This document shows positions 26,412-38,450 of a stretch of DNA of 64,000 nucleotides, piece by piece; the first letter of the stretch is position 1, and each line of letters opens with the position of its first letter. The translations under genes were made by a program, and so were the position numbers. The stretch comes from Phyllobates terribilis (lineage: Eukaryota): NCBI RefSeq assembly GCF_046119375.1, contig NW_027362765.1:257114001-257178000 (forward strand). Direction: 5' to 3'. The notes beneath the pieces were generated by a model. That model searched no databases and was not told the DNA's origin. It worked only from the letters and a program-made list of their open reading frames with translations.

Positions 26412-28152
26412 TTAATTTATTGCACGACTTCGCCCTGCTGTAGCAAAACTTTCCGGTTCTGAGCTTTTTTTATATATATTTACAATAGAGCACATTATTT
26501 TTTAATAAATATATATTGCAAATATACATTTTTCACATGCTGTATTTAGTTTTGAACAATACTTTTGGTAAGACAACCCTTTTAAATACTAGACAGCAGC
26601 TCATCAAAATATACAGTATTCACATTCCCAAGAAATTTAGATTACCAATAACACAAGTATCAGTAGATACTTTTATTCATTTCTGCTGGTAAAAATAACT
26701 CCAGTAATGATGGTGTCATACCAAAGACAAGCTGTTGATTTATGAGAGGTTAACAGCCTGCCCTGACAGAGTAATCTACAATGGCACTGGATATTATGAG
26801 AGTCGTTAGTGTACTCTTTCTGTTAGTCCCCTCTTTCTCTTATTCATTATTATCTTCTGCTTAAACAATTAGTAGATATAATTGCATCTGTTTTTGGATT
26901 CTACCTTGATTTCAATGAATGTTATTTTTTATTAGGGTCTTGGTATATTCCAGTGATTGTCTCTTTAAGTTAACCCCTAGAATCAGTGCAGTACCTTGGC
27001 TATTCTGAGACAGTGATTTCTAATATACCAATTAATACAATCTTGACCATTAATTAACTGTAGTATGGACTCATGTAGGGTTCATCTTTAATTTTCTTAA
27101 TTTTCAGGAAATTCCCTTTTTTTATATTTTTTTTTATTAAACTGCATATTTAATGATTATACATATTTTATTTTGTTTAATTTGCATTTGATTTTATATG
27201 TTCTGTATTCAAAAAAAGGTTTGTTTTTCCAGGAGAACATGCCAGCAACATGCTGATAACAGAGGATTTGATGTTTGTGCTGGCAAGGATGAAAACCCAG
27301 ATTAACCATCCTACATTTTGCTGCATTTGTTTTTTTTCCTGTTATCTCCCAGGATCTCATTTAGCTAACACTGACCAAAAAGGCAATTTGTATTATTCAC
27401 CTATTTAGTCCCCATGACAGTTTCCTTTTACAACTTTTTTCTTCCTCCTGTAAAAAAGTGATCTATAGTTTGTGTAGATTTAGAGAACCTACTTATTTCT
27501 AGCAGTATTGCGGGTAATGTGTAACTAGCATTAATAAAAGAAGTTGTCTGATCTTGACAAGCTCCTATTATGACTTATGTGGGCTCATAAACATCATAGT
27601 TGGAGTCCCAATACTGAATCGCCCTTCTCCTATGAGCCAAAATGGAAAACTGTCCATCCATGTATTACATGGCCATATGTAAACCTACATTTCCTTTGTA
27701 GTGGTCTCTTCTCGGGAAATATAAAGGTGACTTTTGAAAAAATGACCAGACTAATGCTGATGCCACCCTAAAGGACCAGACTTTGTAGCAAAAGTTGAGT
27801 CCAAACTACCAGATTATGGGATCCCACACCCTTACATGTCTTCCTTCATTGACAAAGTATAAGATTTGAAGTGTTATCTTGAGATTTTGCGCTTTTAACT
27901 CGAGCGCTGCCGCATTATGTACAGAGCAGTTACTGATCAGTAATAACTATAATGGTTGCAGTTATGTGAATAAAGGTTCCTATTATGATTTGCATAATTT
28001 CCATATCTGATGTGCTAATATTCATTTTTGCTGTGATATTTCTTTTTCTAGATACATTGGCACCTGCAGTGAATTATAATATATACTAAATTGGTTTCTT
28101 CTTGTTTATTAATTTACTGTAAGTGGAGTGTATGGCACCTCAGCTATACAAG

Positions 28153-29426
28153 TGTAGCGCCCCGAGGGCTCGGTCGCTACAGGGGTATTGCACCTCACCC
28201 AGAGGTGTGATATTCCACTCCCGGGTAAGGATGGAGTATGGACCAGGGCTCAGTTAGCTGCATGCATCACACACACCCCATTTCCGGAGGACAGCTCAAC
28301 GGTGCTCCCATTTAGACAGTAATGCAGGCACGACAGACCATGTCCCTGGCTGGAGTGGGGAGGGGGGAGGAAAACCCAGTGATGTAGGAGCAGGAGGGGA
28401 CGGTTCCTGAGCGTAGGTAGGGGCTCATTGGTTGCTGGTCACCTGGGCTCATGTTCTAGAGGGAAGTATAAAAGGTGGGCACCATCTTAGATCGAGGTTC
28501 AGTCTGTTCGGTGGAGAACGCAGAAGAGAAGACAGGGAGCAGAGGCTCTACAGGAGCTCTGCTCAGAGGCAGGCCTAGAGAAAAGGCCGGGGCCTGAGAG
28601 GAGAAGGAACAGAGGAGAAGAGAAGGAACAGAAAAGGGAAAGAAGTGGCTGAGAAACAGAAGGGCTCAGGAACAAGAAGGTGGAAGGGACCCTAAGGACC
28701 AACGTGAATCGGGTGACGGGTCAGGCAAGAAGAGGGTACCGGATCCCAATTTGGTGGAAGCTAATAATCTTCAGCCAAGAACCGGAGGTCACGACCATCA
28801 CTTGGTGCGACCCCTTGCCAAACCTTGCTAGGAAGGCATAACATATAGGGTAGCGGGAAACGGGGCCCACGTTTGCCCACATAGACCCGCAGGAGCTGGA
28901 CAGAAGCTTGGTCACTGGCGGGGCATGAGCCGAAGGAAGGATAGGAAGGAGCTCTGAACCATACTCCTGAAGTGCCTGGGGGTTGACCGAGTCCCTCACC
29001 TGGTGGACACCGCACGGCTTGGGTGGTCACTGCTTGCGCCGAAGTGACCCGGAGCATATGAACTGTGAGTAAAAGACATTGGACTGCAGTACGTTGTCTG
29101 TGTACTCCTTGCTCCTCCAGTACTAACGGCACTTGGACTCTCTGCACCATCACCCCCACCATCCTCTACACTGCCCTGGGGCTGCACTCTTCCCGTGGGG
29201 AGTAACACTACCTCAGCTGCAAACACCATCAGCCTCAGCGGTCTGCCTTGCAGCGGCGGTTCATAATAGCCGCAATCCACGGGTAGCGTAGTCGGACATT
29301 ACCTACTGCACATAGCAGACTACCACTGGTCTGACCACCCTGAGCCACGGGACCGGGTCGCCACTACTACTCCCAGCATTGCCCCGAAGTCCGGTCCCGA
29401 GTGCCCACGGCCCAGGGGGCGAGTCA
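28153..29426 (+). mobile_element. Solo LTR of the cold-shock-domain LTR family, 4-bp TSD CAAG
   Basis: TGTAGCGCCCCGAGGG...CCCAGGGGGCGAGTCA, with CAAG on both sides. The first ~90 bp nearly match 57015 and 60311. Confidence 0.9.
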
Positions 29427-30243
29427 CAAGCATCATTGTACCATACCATTGTACAATCATTGTATCATACTATTTTATTATGATACATGCTGTGCAGGGT
29501 ATAAGAAGACACTGCATCATATTAGTCATAGGATTAGGGACAATGTGTAAGTCTGAGATAATGATTTTTAATGGGTTGTGAGTGACTAAGAGCTGCTACA
29601 CAATATAGAAGGTGGGAGCATTTTTTCTATGTTTTAACTGTCTTGTCAATGGTAAAAAAATCCCTTCAAAGAAAAATTTCATTGCAGAACCTGAATTGTT
29701 GATTATGTGTTACAGAGAATTTTCTGCTTAGGAAAAAAAATTGCATTTCCCATTAAATAAAGTCTGAGTCCTTCTTTTGCATTATTTCATCCATTTTTTT
29801 GCATTATACTGTTCCTTCCATTATTTTTCCTTGCAATTTATGAATACATTGATAACCATTACCTAAATAATATGTAGTATTGAAAAATACTACTACATAT
29901 GTGTTCTTCATAAAACAAAAATAAGGAGGCTAAACCATCTTTTATTTAACTCCTAGTTTTCTCCTGTTCCTCTATTATTTTCCTCTATAAAGGTACAGTC
30001 AGACGGCCTTATAACTCGGACAAGGACTGCAATGCAGTGCTTGGACTGGCTGACGGCTCTCCTGACCTAAGTGTGACAGCTGCATAGAAACACACGCTGT
30101 CATGCTTGGGTTGGGGGAGTCGCAGGCCAGTCCGAGCATCTGAATTATTTAGGTGAGGCCAGTTGGTATTACCAGTTTGAAAGGGGGCTTCCCCACATAG
30201 TATAAGGGCTCGTTGAGACAACCGTATTCTTAGTCCAAGTGCT

Positions 30244-30460
30244 GTGTCATGCACGGTGTGGGAAAGACTAAATGCAGCACAAAGGGATGAGGGGAGCGTA
30301 GCCCAAACACTAGGGTAAGGGGAAGTGGAGACCCCTAGGCAGATCTAATATCACCCTACCTGTCCTACTGTCCCTATATAGGTTTCACACCTAGGGAGGG
30401 AGAGGAGAGGTGAGCACTGGTCAGTCCCCACTCTAAACTAAAGACAACAAGACAACATGC
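30244..30460. mobile_element. Partial LTR, same family as 38630-38994
   Basis: TGTCATGCACGGTGTGGGAAAGAC...AGGGATGAGGGGAG...CACTAGGG aligns with 38630-38760. Confidence 0.6.
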
Positions 30461-32049
30461 TGTCCTTGAAAAAATATACTGCACTAGGACCAATGTTATA
30501 CAATGAGGCAGTGCAGAAGAGTTTTTTTTTTTTTCACTGACCGAATCTCATGTGAAAAAAATTGAAGCATGCACTAGTTTCTTCTTTCTGTATCGGAAGA
30601 GACTCTCCCTTTCAAGTCTATGGGTGCGCAAAAGAAATTGGATGCCATACGGAGTTACGATATATCATCCATTTTTTACGGACACATTATAATTCTGAAA
30701 AGTAGGAAGCTGTAAATGGTCTTGTATATTATTTATATTGCTGCTGTAAAGAATGGATTACATTTGGACTGCATACGGATGACAAGTGAGAAGAAAATGT
30801 TCCAAGATTTCCAGATGAAACAATTTTTTATACACTCGTGTGACCCTACCCCACCAGCATATAATAGCTGCTGATATTATATTTGAACCTTTAGCCCAAA
30901 CTATTCATTTGCCAATGTATAGTATACCTTTCACAGAAGTCTCTAAGACACACTACTGTAGAAACAGGCAAACAGTGGCACATGTCACCAATAGGCAAAG
31001 GCTCCCATTGTAGAAAGAAAGTATACTACCAGACTTGGACTGGCCCACAGGAGAACAGGAGAGTCCTCCGGTGGGCTCCTGTACTAGAGTGGGTCACCAC
31101 CCTCTTATCTGAGCAGTACTTGGCACAATATACTTGAATCACTATGTACAGACAGAGGCAGCATCTTATTCATGTACAATATACCCAGTTCATTGTTATA
31201 TAAATTTGTGATTGATGATAATGTCACATTTGCATGAAGCTTAAAAGTGGGGCCCTGGAGTTGGATAGTGGTGGGCCCCTTGGCATCCCGGTCCAACGCT
31301 GGTTGTGTCTCTTGTATTTGGCGGCTCTGTGTCACGGTCTTCAGTCTTCTGTCAGGTAGTTTGTTGTGTAGGACATATACAATTTTAGTACCCTGCCCCC
31401 ATCACAGAGATCGCCCCCCCCCCCCAACAGCCGTAATGTAACTTGGGACAGGAGCTGACATTATTTTACCACAATGGGTGGGGATATATGTGGTCTGCCG
31501 TCTGTAAATGGCGCCCCCATAATTCTTGGTCCTACTTGAGGAATAATAAGGGTAGTAGTGATCACTCCCATCATTGTAACTGTAAAAAAAAAAGGCCAAG
31601 ACAAAAAAACTCACATGACAATTTTATTTTCTTTCTTTTTATTTTTTATTGGAATAGCAATAAGCAACATTGTAACACCAATATTACTGGCCCTTTTAGA
31701 AATTAAACTATGATCGCAATGACTCTCAGGTCAGGCCCCCTAGAGACCACAGAACTGGCTGTGGTCATTGAGGACCGGCTGAGAGACACTGGACCCAAAG
31801 ATCCAGAGGAAGGCAAAGAAACCCCCCGGAGAGTTCTGCCTCAGGGGGGGAAAAAATTACTTCCTGACCCCAGTGGTGACGATCGGATATTTCCCTGGAT
31901 CACGTCTGTCCTGCTGCATATTGCTGTAAATCTGCATTTATTATAAGCTCAGGAGAAGGAAAAGACAAATACACCCTGCTCAAGAGGAGCTTACAATCTA
32001 ATATACAATGTACAGGCTGCTCCTGAGGGCATGCAGAATAATGTACACC

Positions 32050-32820
32050 CTTTAAACACCGCTCTGCTGATTGGTCGCGACCGCCGGCCGCGACCAATCA
32101 GCGATTTTGGCGCCAAATTTAAACACGCTCTCCGGTCCTCACTAACACGGTTCGCTGATTGGTCGTGGTCGCCGGCCGCAACCAATTAGCAATTTTGGCA
32201 CCAAATTTAAACACGCTCTCCGGTCCTCACTAACACGGTTCGCTGATTGGTCGCGGTCGCCGGCCGCAACCAATCAGCGATATTGGCGCCAAATTTAAAC
32301 ACCGCTCTGCTGATTGGTCGTGGCCGCGACCAATCACCGATATTGGCGCCAAATTTAAACACCGCTCTGCACAGAGGTCAGCGGCGATGCAGCCGGGAGA
32401 TGACCGGCGCTGACCTCCATGCGGCTACCTTCGGGACCGGGGAGCGACACCGCCGGTCGGGATACTTCTGCTGCGAGCAGCCGGTCATCTCCCGGCTGCT
32501 CGAAGCAGAAGTACCAGCACAGGCAGCGCCACTCCCTGGTCCTCACTAATACGATTTGCTGATCGCCGGGCCGCGACCAAACAGCAATATTGGCGCCAAA
32601 TTTAAACGCCGCTTTGCTGATTGGTCGCGGTTGCCAGCCGCGTCCAATCAGTGATATTGGCGCCAAATTTAAACACCGCTTTGCTGATTGGTCGGGGTCG
32701 CCAGCCGCGACCAATCAGCGATTTTGGCGCCAAATTTAAACACCGCTCTGCTGATTGCGCCGGGTCGGCCGCATACATATTCTAGAATACCCGATGCGCT
32801 AGAATCGGGCCACCATCTAG
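32050..32820 (+). mobile_element. Non-autonomous Helitron 3' portion with internal palindromic ~66-bp repeats
   Basis: Hairpin CCCGAT-GCGCTAGA-ATCGGG followed by CCACCAT-CTAG|T at 32820, which is the canonical Helitron 3' end. No 5' TC end was found. Confidence 0.7.
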
Positions 32821-33915
32821 TATATAATATACAGGCTGCTCCTGAGGGCATGCAGAATAATGTACACCCTGTCCTAGGAGCTTACAATCTAATATATAAT
32901 ATACAGACTGCTCCTCAGGGCATGCAGAATAATGTACACCCTGTCCTAGGAGCTTAGAATCTGATATATAATATACAGACTGCTCCTGAGGGCATGCAGA
33001 ATAATGTACACCCTGTCCTAGGAACTTACAATCTAATATATAATATACAGACTGCTCCTCAGGGCATGCAGAATAATGTACACCCTGTCCTAGGAGCTTA
33101 GAATCTGATATATAATATACAGACTGCTCCTGAGGGCATGCAGAATAATGTACACCCTGTCCTAGGAACTTACAATCTAATATACAATATACAGACTATT
33201 CCTGAGGGCATGCAGAATAATGTACACCCTGTCCTAGGAGCTTGCAATCTAATTTATAACATACAGGCTGCTCCTGAGGGCATGCAGAATAATGTACACC
33301 CTGTTCTAGGAGCTTACAATCTACAGTAATATACAATATACAGACTACTCCTGAGGGCATGCAGAATAATGCACACCCTGTCCTAGGAGCTTACAATCTA
33401 ATATACAATATATAGACTACTCCTGAGGGCATGCAGAATAATCTACACCCTGTCCTAGGAGCTTACAATCTAATTTATAACATACAGGCTGCTCCTGAGG
33501 GCATGCAGAATAATGTACACCCTGTCCTAGGAGCTTACAATCTAATTTATAACATACAGACTACTCCTGAGGGCATGCAGAATAATGTACACCCTGTCCT
33601 AGGAGCTTACAATCTAATTTATAACATACAGACTACTCCTGAGGGCATGCAGAATAATGTACACCCTGTCCTAGGAGCTTACAATCTAATATACAATATA
33701 CAGACTACTCCTGAGGGCATGCAGAATAATCTACACCCTGTCCTAGGAGCTTACAATCTAATTTATAACATACAGGCTGCTCCTGAGGGCATGCAGAATA
33801 ATGTACACCCTGTCCTACGAGCTTACAATCTAATATATAATATACAGACTGCTCCGGAGGGCATGCAGAATAATGTACACCCTGTCCTAGGAGCTTACAA
33901 TCTAATATACAATAT
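32821..33915. repeat. 72-bp tandem array, ~15 copies
   Basis: Unit TATAATATACAG(A/G)CTGCTCCTGAGGGCATGCAGAATAATGTACACCCTGTCCTAGGAGCTTACAATCTAATA. Unit starts at 32829, 32901, 32973 and 33045. One further copy lies at ~31975-32050. Confidence 0.95.
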
Positions 33916-34029
33916 CTGAAGGTAGCTTACTGAGGGATGGCTGCGGTGGAGAGGAGTCACAGGAGGCAGTGTCACTGCTTCAGGAGGCCAGTGTCAGCGG
34001 GCCCTAGGCTCTCATAAAACGTCGGCGCT

Positions 34030-34443
34030 GGTGAGCAGAGTCCCTTTTCCCATTGATTGCCCTGCAGTGGGTTTTGGCAAAATAGACGCTGGAGGCGGTG
34101 CATGCATCTTCCAAGATCTCAATCTGTGCATGCGTCGCCTCCAGCGGCCACTTTTCCAAAGCCCACTGCAGGGCAATCAATGGGAAAGGGGAATCTGCTC
34201 ACTGGCGTTAACATCTTATGAGAGTCCAGGGCCCTCAGCATTGCCCCACTCCTGCGGTCGCCGGCCCACTGAAGCAGCGGCCCTGCCTCATGTGACCACG
34301 CTCCACCGCTGCAGCCTCCCCGGTAACCTACTGTTAAATGGACTACAAGAGGCACTACCATTTTATTTAAAAAATATATTTTCCACCCCAAAATTTGGGG
34401 TTCGTCTTATGGTCCGGTGCGTCTTATAGTCCGCAAAATATGG
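34030..34443. mobile_element. Tc/mariner-superfamily MITE end with an internal ~170-bp hairpin
   Basis: Terminus GCGTCTTATAGTCCGCAAAATATGG|TA. Inverted repeat TTCCCATTGATTGCCCTGCAGTGGG / CCCACTGCAGGGCAATCAATGGGAA. Confidence 0.6.
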
Positions 34444-36120
34444 TAATGGCAATGCAAGTCTATGAGTCTGTGAAAAAATTGGACCACACTTTGATGACAT
34501 CTGAGTGAGGTCCGATTTTCACTGACTGACAGAAGGGAGAAGGTGAGAAACCTTTTGTTTCTCCTCTCCACATCCAAGGAAAACTGATGCCACTCTGATC
34601 AAAGTCCTCCTGCTGCCATCAAGCTACTACGTTCTCCGTTGTTTCTGCTCGGCCGTCCTGCTGCGTCATCTGTCCTTGCTTCATTACAGCTTCTCATCTG
34701 AACTAGAAGAGACATAACACCTACCTATCATTACAAAAAAAATAGGATTAAATGATAGGTCCTATTAAAGGAATCATTCTTATACACAAGAGAGAACACG
34801 TCACTCAGAGATGTTTGCTGAGATTTTTTAGGGATAAATGGTGCAGTTTTAAACTTCACCACAAACACCCCACAACTACACAATGTGTGATTGGGGCCTT
34901 AGTGTTAAGTGAACAGCTACCTACTTGGACTTGTCTTCCTCAAGCTGCTGCTGGGACACAAGATGGTTCAGGATTAGAACTTTACACATTCTGTACTAAT
35001 TGTGATATCATGTGATATCTATGATGTCATGTGCCCTGTGACGTCATATCCCCTGTGATGTCGTAATAACCTCCACTGCTGTGCTATGTATCAAATTTCC
35101 AACATCAAGGAAGAGTTGAATTAATAAAACAAAATCACAGGCGGCAAATAACCACCAGCCTCATTTTTAATTGAGTCATGACGCACGTACTTATAACCTA
35201 AATTTTCCATCCTTTTATTCTAATCTGTGTCACCTAATGTTCTATGAACTAAAGGAAAACACAGGACGCCATACTGCAATTCCTGATCACGATAAACCGT
35301 CAGTTCCCGGTCACTCCTGATCCAGCAGGACCATGAGAGCTGACAATGGAGAACTGTAGCAGTCTGCAATTAAATGTATGTTCTGAAAACGCTATGTTTT
35401 GACAACATTAATGGCACCGCTACCCAAAAATGGAACCAAATAGAGTGGTCTCAACTGGCCCAACCCTATCTATATGCTTTTATTAGAGCACATGAGTGTC
35501 ATAGAGGGCAAAACCAGCCATTGCTGAGGGTTTTCAAGACCTCTGACAGATGATCAATTGATCAACCAGCAAGTCCTCATTTAGGGAAGCGGTTGTCCAG
35601 ATTGGTAACCCCTGTTAGGCCAGGCTCACACTGGCTTACTAAAGCACCCAAATGTGCAGATTTTCCTTGGAATCTGGTCAATAAATTTTTTTTTAAATCA
35701 TAGAATCATTATAACAATCACAGCACAGGACACATGATCCAGCGCCATTTGCTGAGATTTTCAGGTTAATGATGCAGTTCTGAATCCCACTACTAACCCC
35801 CCATCTATACAATGTATGAGTGAGCTCGTAAGTGAAGAGTTCCCTACCTGGACTTGTTTCCATCAAGCTGTCAGGCTCTAATGAAACAAGATGGCTCAGG
35901 TGTTACAGTTTGTACATTCTATACCAATTGTGATGTCATATGATGTCTATGATGTTTATGTGCTTTGTGATGTCAACAAAACTGCCTGTTTAACCCTTTC
36001 CAACCCAATGACATAATGTGATTTTGTGAACAGGTTATTTGGATGCAACGGCGCAGACAGTGAAGGGACAATAGTAATCATCCAAAACTATAACTATAGG
36101 GACCCACATACATATATATA

Positions 36121-37960
36121 CAGTTGAAACCAGAAGTTTACATACACTATATGAAAAGACACATATTCATGTTTTTGTCAATATCTGACATAAAATCAGA
36201 ATAAACCTTTCCCATTTTGGGTCAATTAGGATTACCATAATTTTTAATATTTGCCAAATGCCAGAATAATGAGAGAGAGAGAGAGAGAGAATGTTTTAAG
36301 GCATTTTTATTACTTACTGCAAAGTCAAAAGTTTACATACACTGAGATTACAATGCCTTTAAACAATTCTGGACTGCCCATATGATGATGTCATGTGTTT
36401 GGAAGTTTTTTGACAACATCTAAGTTAATTAGAAACGCACATGTGGATGTATTTTAATGCACACCTGAAACACACTGCTTCTTTGTGTAGCATCATGGGA
36501 AAGTCTACAGAAATTAGCCAATATATCAGGAATAGAATTGTGGACTTGCACAAGTCTAGCTCATCCTTGGGTACAATTTCAAGATACCTGAAGGTGCCTC
36601 GTTCATCTGTACAAACAATTATACACAAGTACAAACAAGATGGGAATGTTCAGCCATCATACCGCATAGGAAAGAGACGGGTTCTGTGTCAGACAGATGA
36701 ATGTGCATGTCAACCCAAATACAACATCAAAAGACCTTGTGAAGATGATGGCGGAGGCTGGTAAGATTATGTCAATATCCACAGTGAAAGGAGTACTGTA
36801 TCAACATGGGCTGAAAGGCCACTCTGCCAGGAAGAAGTCATTACTCCAAAAGAAGCATAAAAAAAGCCAGATTAATGTTTGCAAATGCACACAGGAACAA
36901 AGACCTTAATTTTTGGAGACATGTCCTGTGGTCTTATGAAACTAAAATTTAACTTTTTGGATATAATCACCATCGTTACATTTGGAGGAAAGAGGGAGAG
37001 GCTTGAAAGCCTAAGAACACCATCCTAACTGTGAAGCACGGGGGTGGCAGCATCTTGTTGTGGGTTTTTTTTGCTGCAGGAGGGACTGGTGCACTTCACA
37101 AAATAGATGGCATCATGAGAAAAGAAGATTATGTGGCAATACTGAAGCAACATCGCAAGACATCAGCCAGGAAGTTAAAGCTTGGGCGGATATGGGTCTT
37201 CCAAATAGACAATGACCAGAAGCATACAGCCAAAATGGTAACAAAGTGGCTTAAGGATAACAAAGTCAATATTTTGGAGTGACCATCACAAAGCCCTGAT
37301 CTGAATCCTATTGAAAATTTGTGGGCTAAGCTGAAAAGGCAGATAGAGCAAGGCAACCTATAAACCTGGATCAGTTACACCAGTTTTGTTAGGAGGAATG
37401 GGCCCAAATTCTGACCAACTATTGTAAGAATCTTGTGGAAGGATATCCCAAACGTTTGACCCAAGTCATTTAGTTTAAGGGCAATGGTACCAAATACTAA
37501 TTTATTTAGTTATTTTACTCACCTATATAGCACCATTAATTCCACAGCGATTCACAGACAATATTGGCACTGTCCCCACCGTGGCTCACAATCTAAATTC
37601 CCTATCAATATGTCTTTGGAGTGTGGGTGGAAACCGGAGAACCCGAAGGAAACCCATGCAAACACGGGGAGAACAAACTCCTTGCAGATGTTGTCCTTGG
37701 TGGGACTTGAACCCAGGAATCCAGTGCTACAAAGCTGCAGTGCTATCTACTGAGCCACCGTGCTGCCCATAACAAATGAAATGTATGTCAACTTTTGACT
37801 TTGCAGTAAGTAATAAAAATGCCTTAAAACATTCTCTCTCTCATTATTCTGGCATTTGACAAATATTAAAAATTATGGTAATCCTAATTGACCTAAAACG
37901 GGAAAGGTTTATTCTGATTTCATGTCAGAAATTGAGAAAAACATGCATATGTGTCTTTTT
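36121..37960 (+). mobile_element. Near full-length Sleeping-Beauty-like Tc1 DD34E element; transposase pseudogene at 36495-37500; right TIR truncated
   Basis: TA|CAGTTGAAACCAGAAGTTTACATACACT. Translation includes MGKSTEISQYIRNRIVDLHKS, KHGGGSILLW and DNDQKH...SPDLNPIE, with stops and frameshifts. Confidence 0.9.
37501..37768 (-). mobile_element. Full tRNA-derived SINE with an L2-like tail, inserted just after the Tc1 stop codon
   Basis: The reverse strand begins GGGCAGCACGGTGGCTCAGT (A box), contains GGTTCAAGTCCC (B box) and ends in an AT-rich tail. Confidence 0.85.
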
Positions 37961-38024
37961 ATGGCTGATCGGAACAGTGTTCCATTCAGTACACATGAGG
38001 AGCAGAAGTAAGAGATTCACCAAT

Positions 38025-38450
38025 GGCAGCACCGCTCTCCCTGGTTGTTCCAGGTGTGCTATCGCAGTGTTCAGGATCCAGCAGAATTAATCAGTGTTCT
38101 GGTCAGTACGATTAGTGATCTGCAGTCTGCAGCTGAAGAGATTCAGTGAGCGGTACTCTGATCTCCCGGGATGTCTACTACTGGAAGAAGTAGTCAGCAG
38201 TATTCAGTGACACTAGCATATGACATGCTGCAAGCAAGGCAGCTCACATGTGTTAGTGCTACTGATTACTATTCGCGGCTTCTCCCAGCATTAGACATCC
38301 TGGCAGAGTGCAGGGGTCACTGAATCTCTTCTGCTGCAGTGCAGACAGCAGCTCACTTCTCGTACTGACAGAACTCTGTCATTCCTGTTGGATCTTTGTC
38401 ACTGCGATACCGCACCAACAACCAGGGAGAGCGGTGCTGCTGTTTGTAAG
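38025..38450. mobile_element. Palindromic MITE remnant
   Basis: CAGCACCGCTCTCCCTGGTTGTT / AACAACCAGGGAGAGCGGTGCTG and GAAGAGATTCAGTGA / TCACTGAATCTCTTC are nested inverted repeats. Confidence 0.6.

Noticed and set aside
28052-28118. Exon-like segment with a good acceptor (TTTCTTTTTCTAG) and donor (GTAAGT); a similar case lies at 25205-25374
   Set aside because: All three frames contain stops and there is no recognisable protein. A non-coding exon is possible but unsupported without RNA data.
32957-33919. Repetitive MQNNVHPVLGAYNLIYNIQ ORFs
   Set aside because: These arise from the 72-bp (24-codon) array. They are interrupted by stops and have no gene context.
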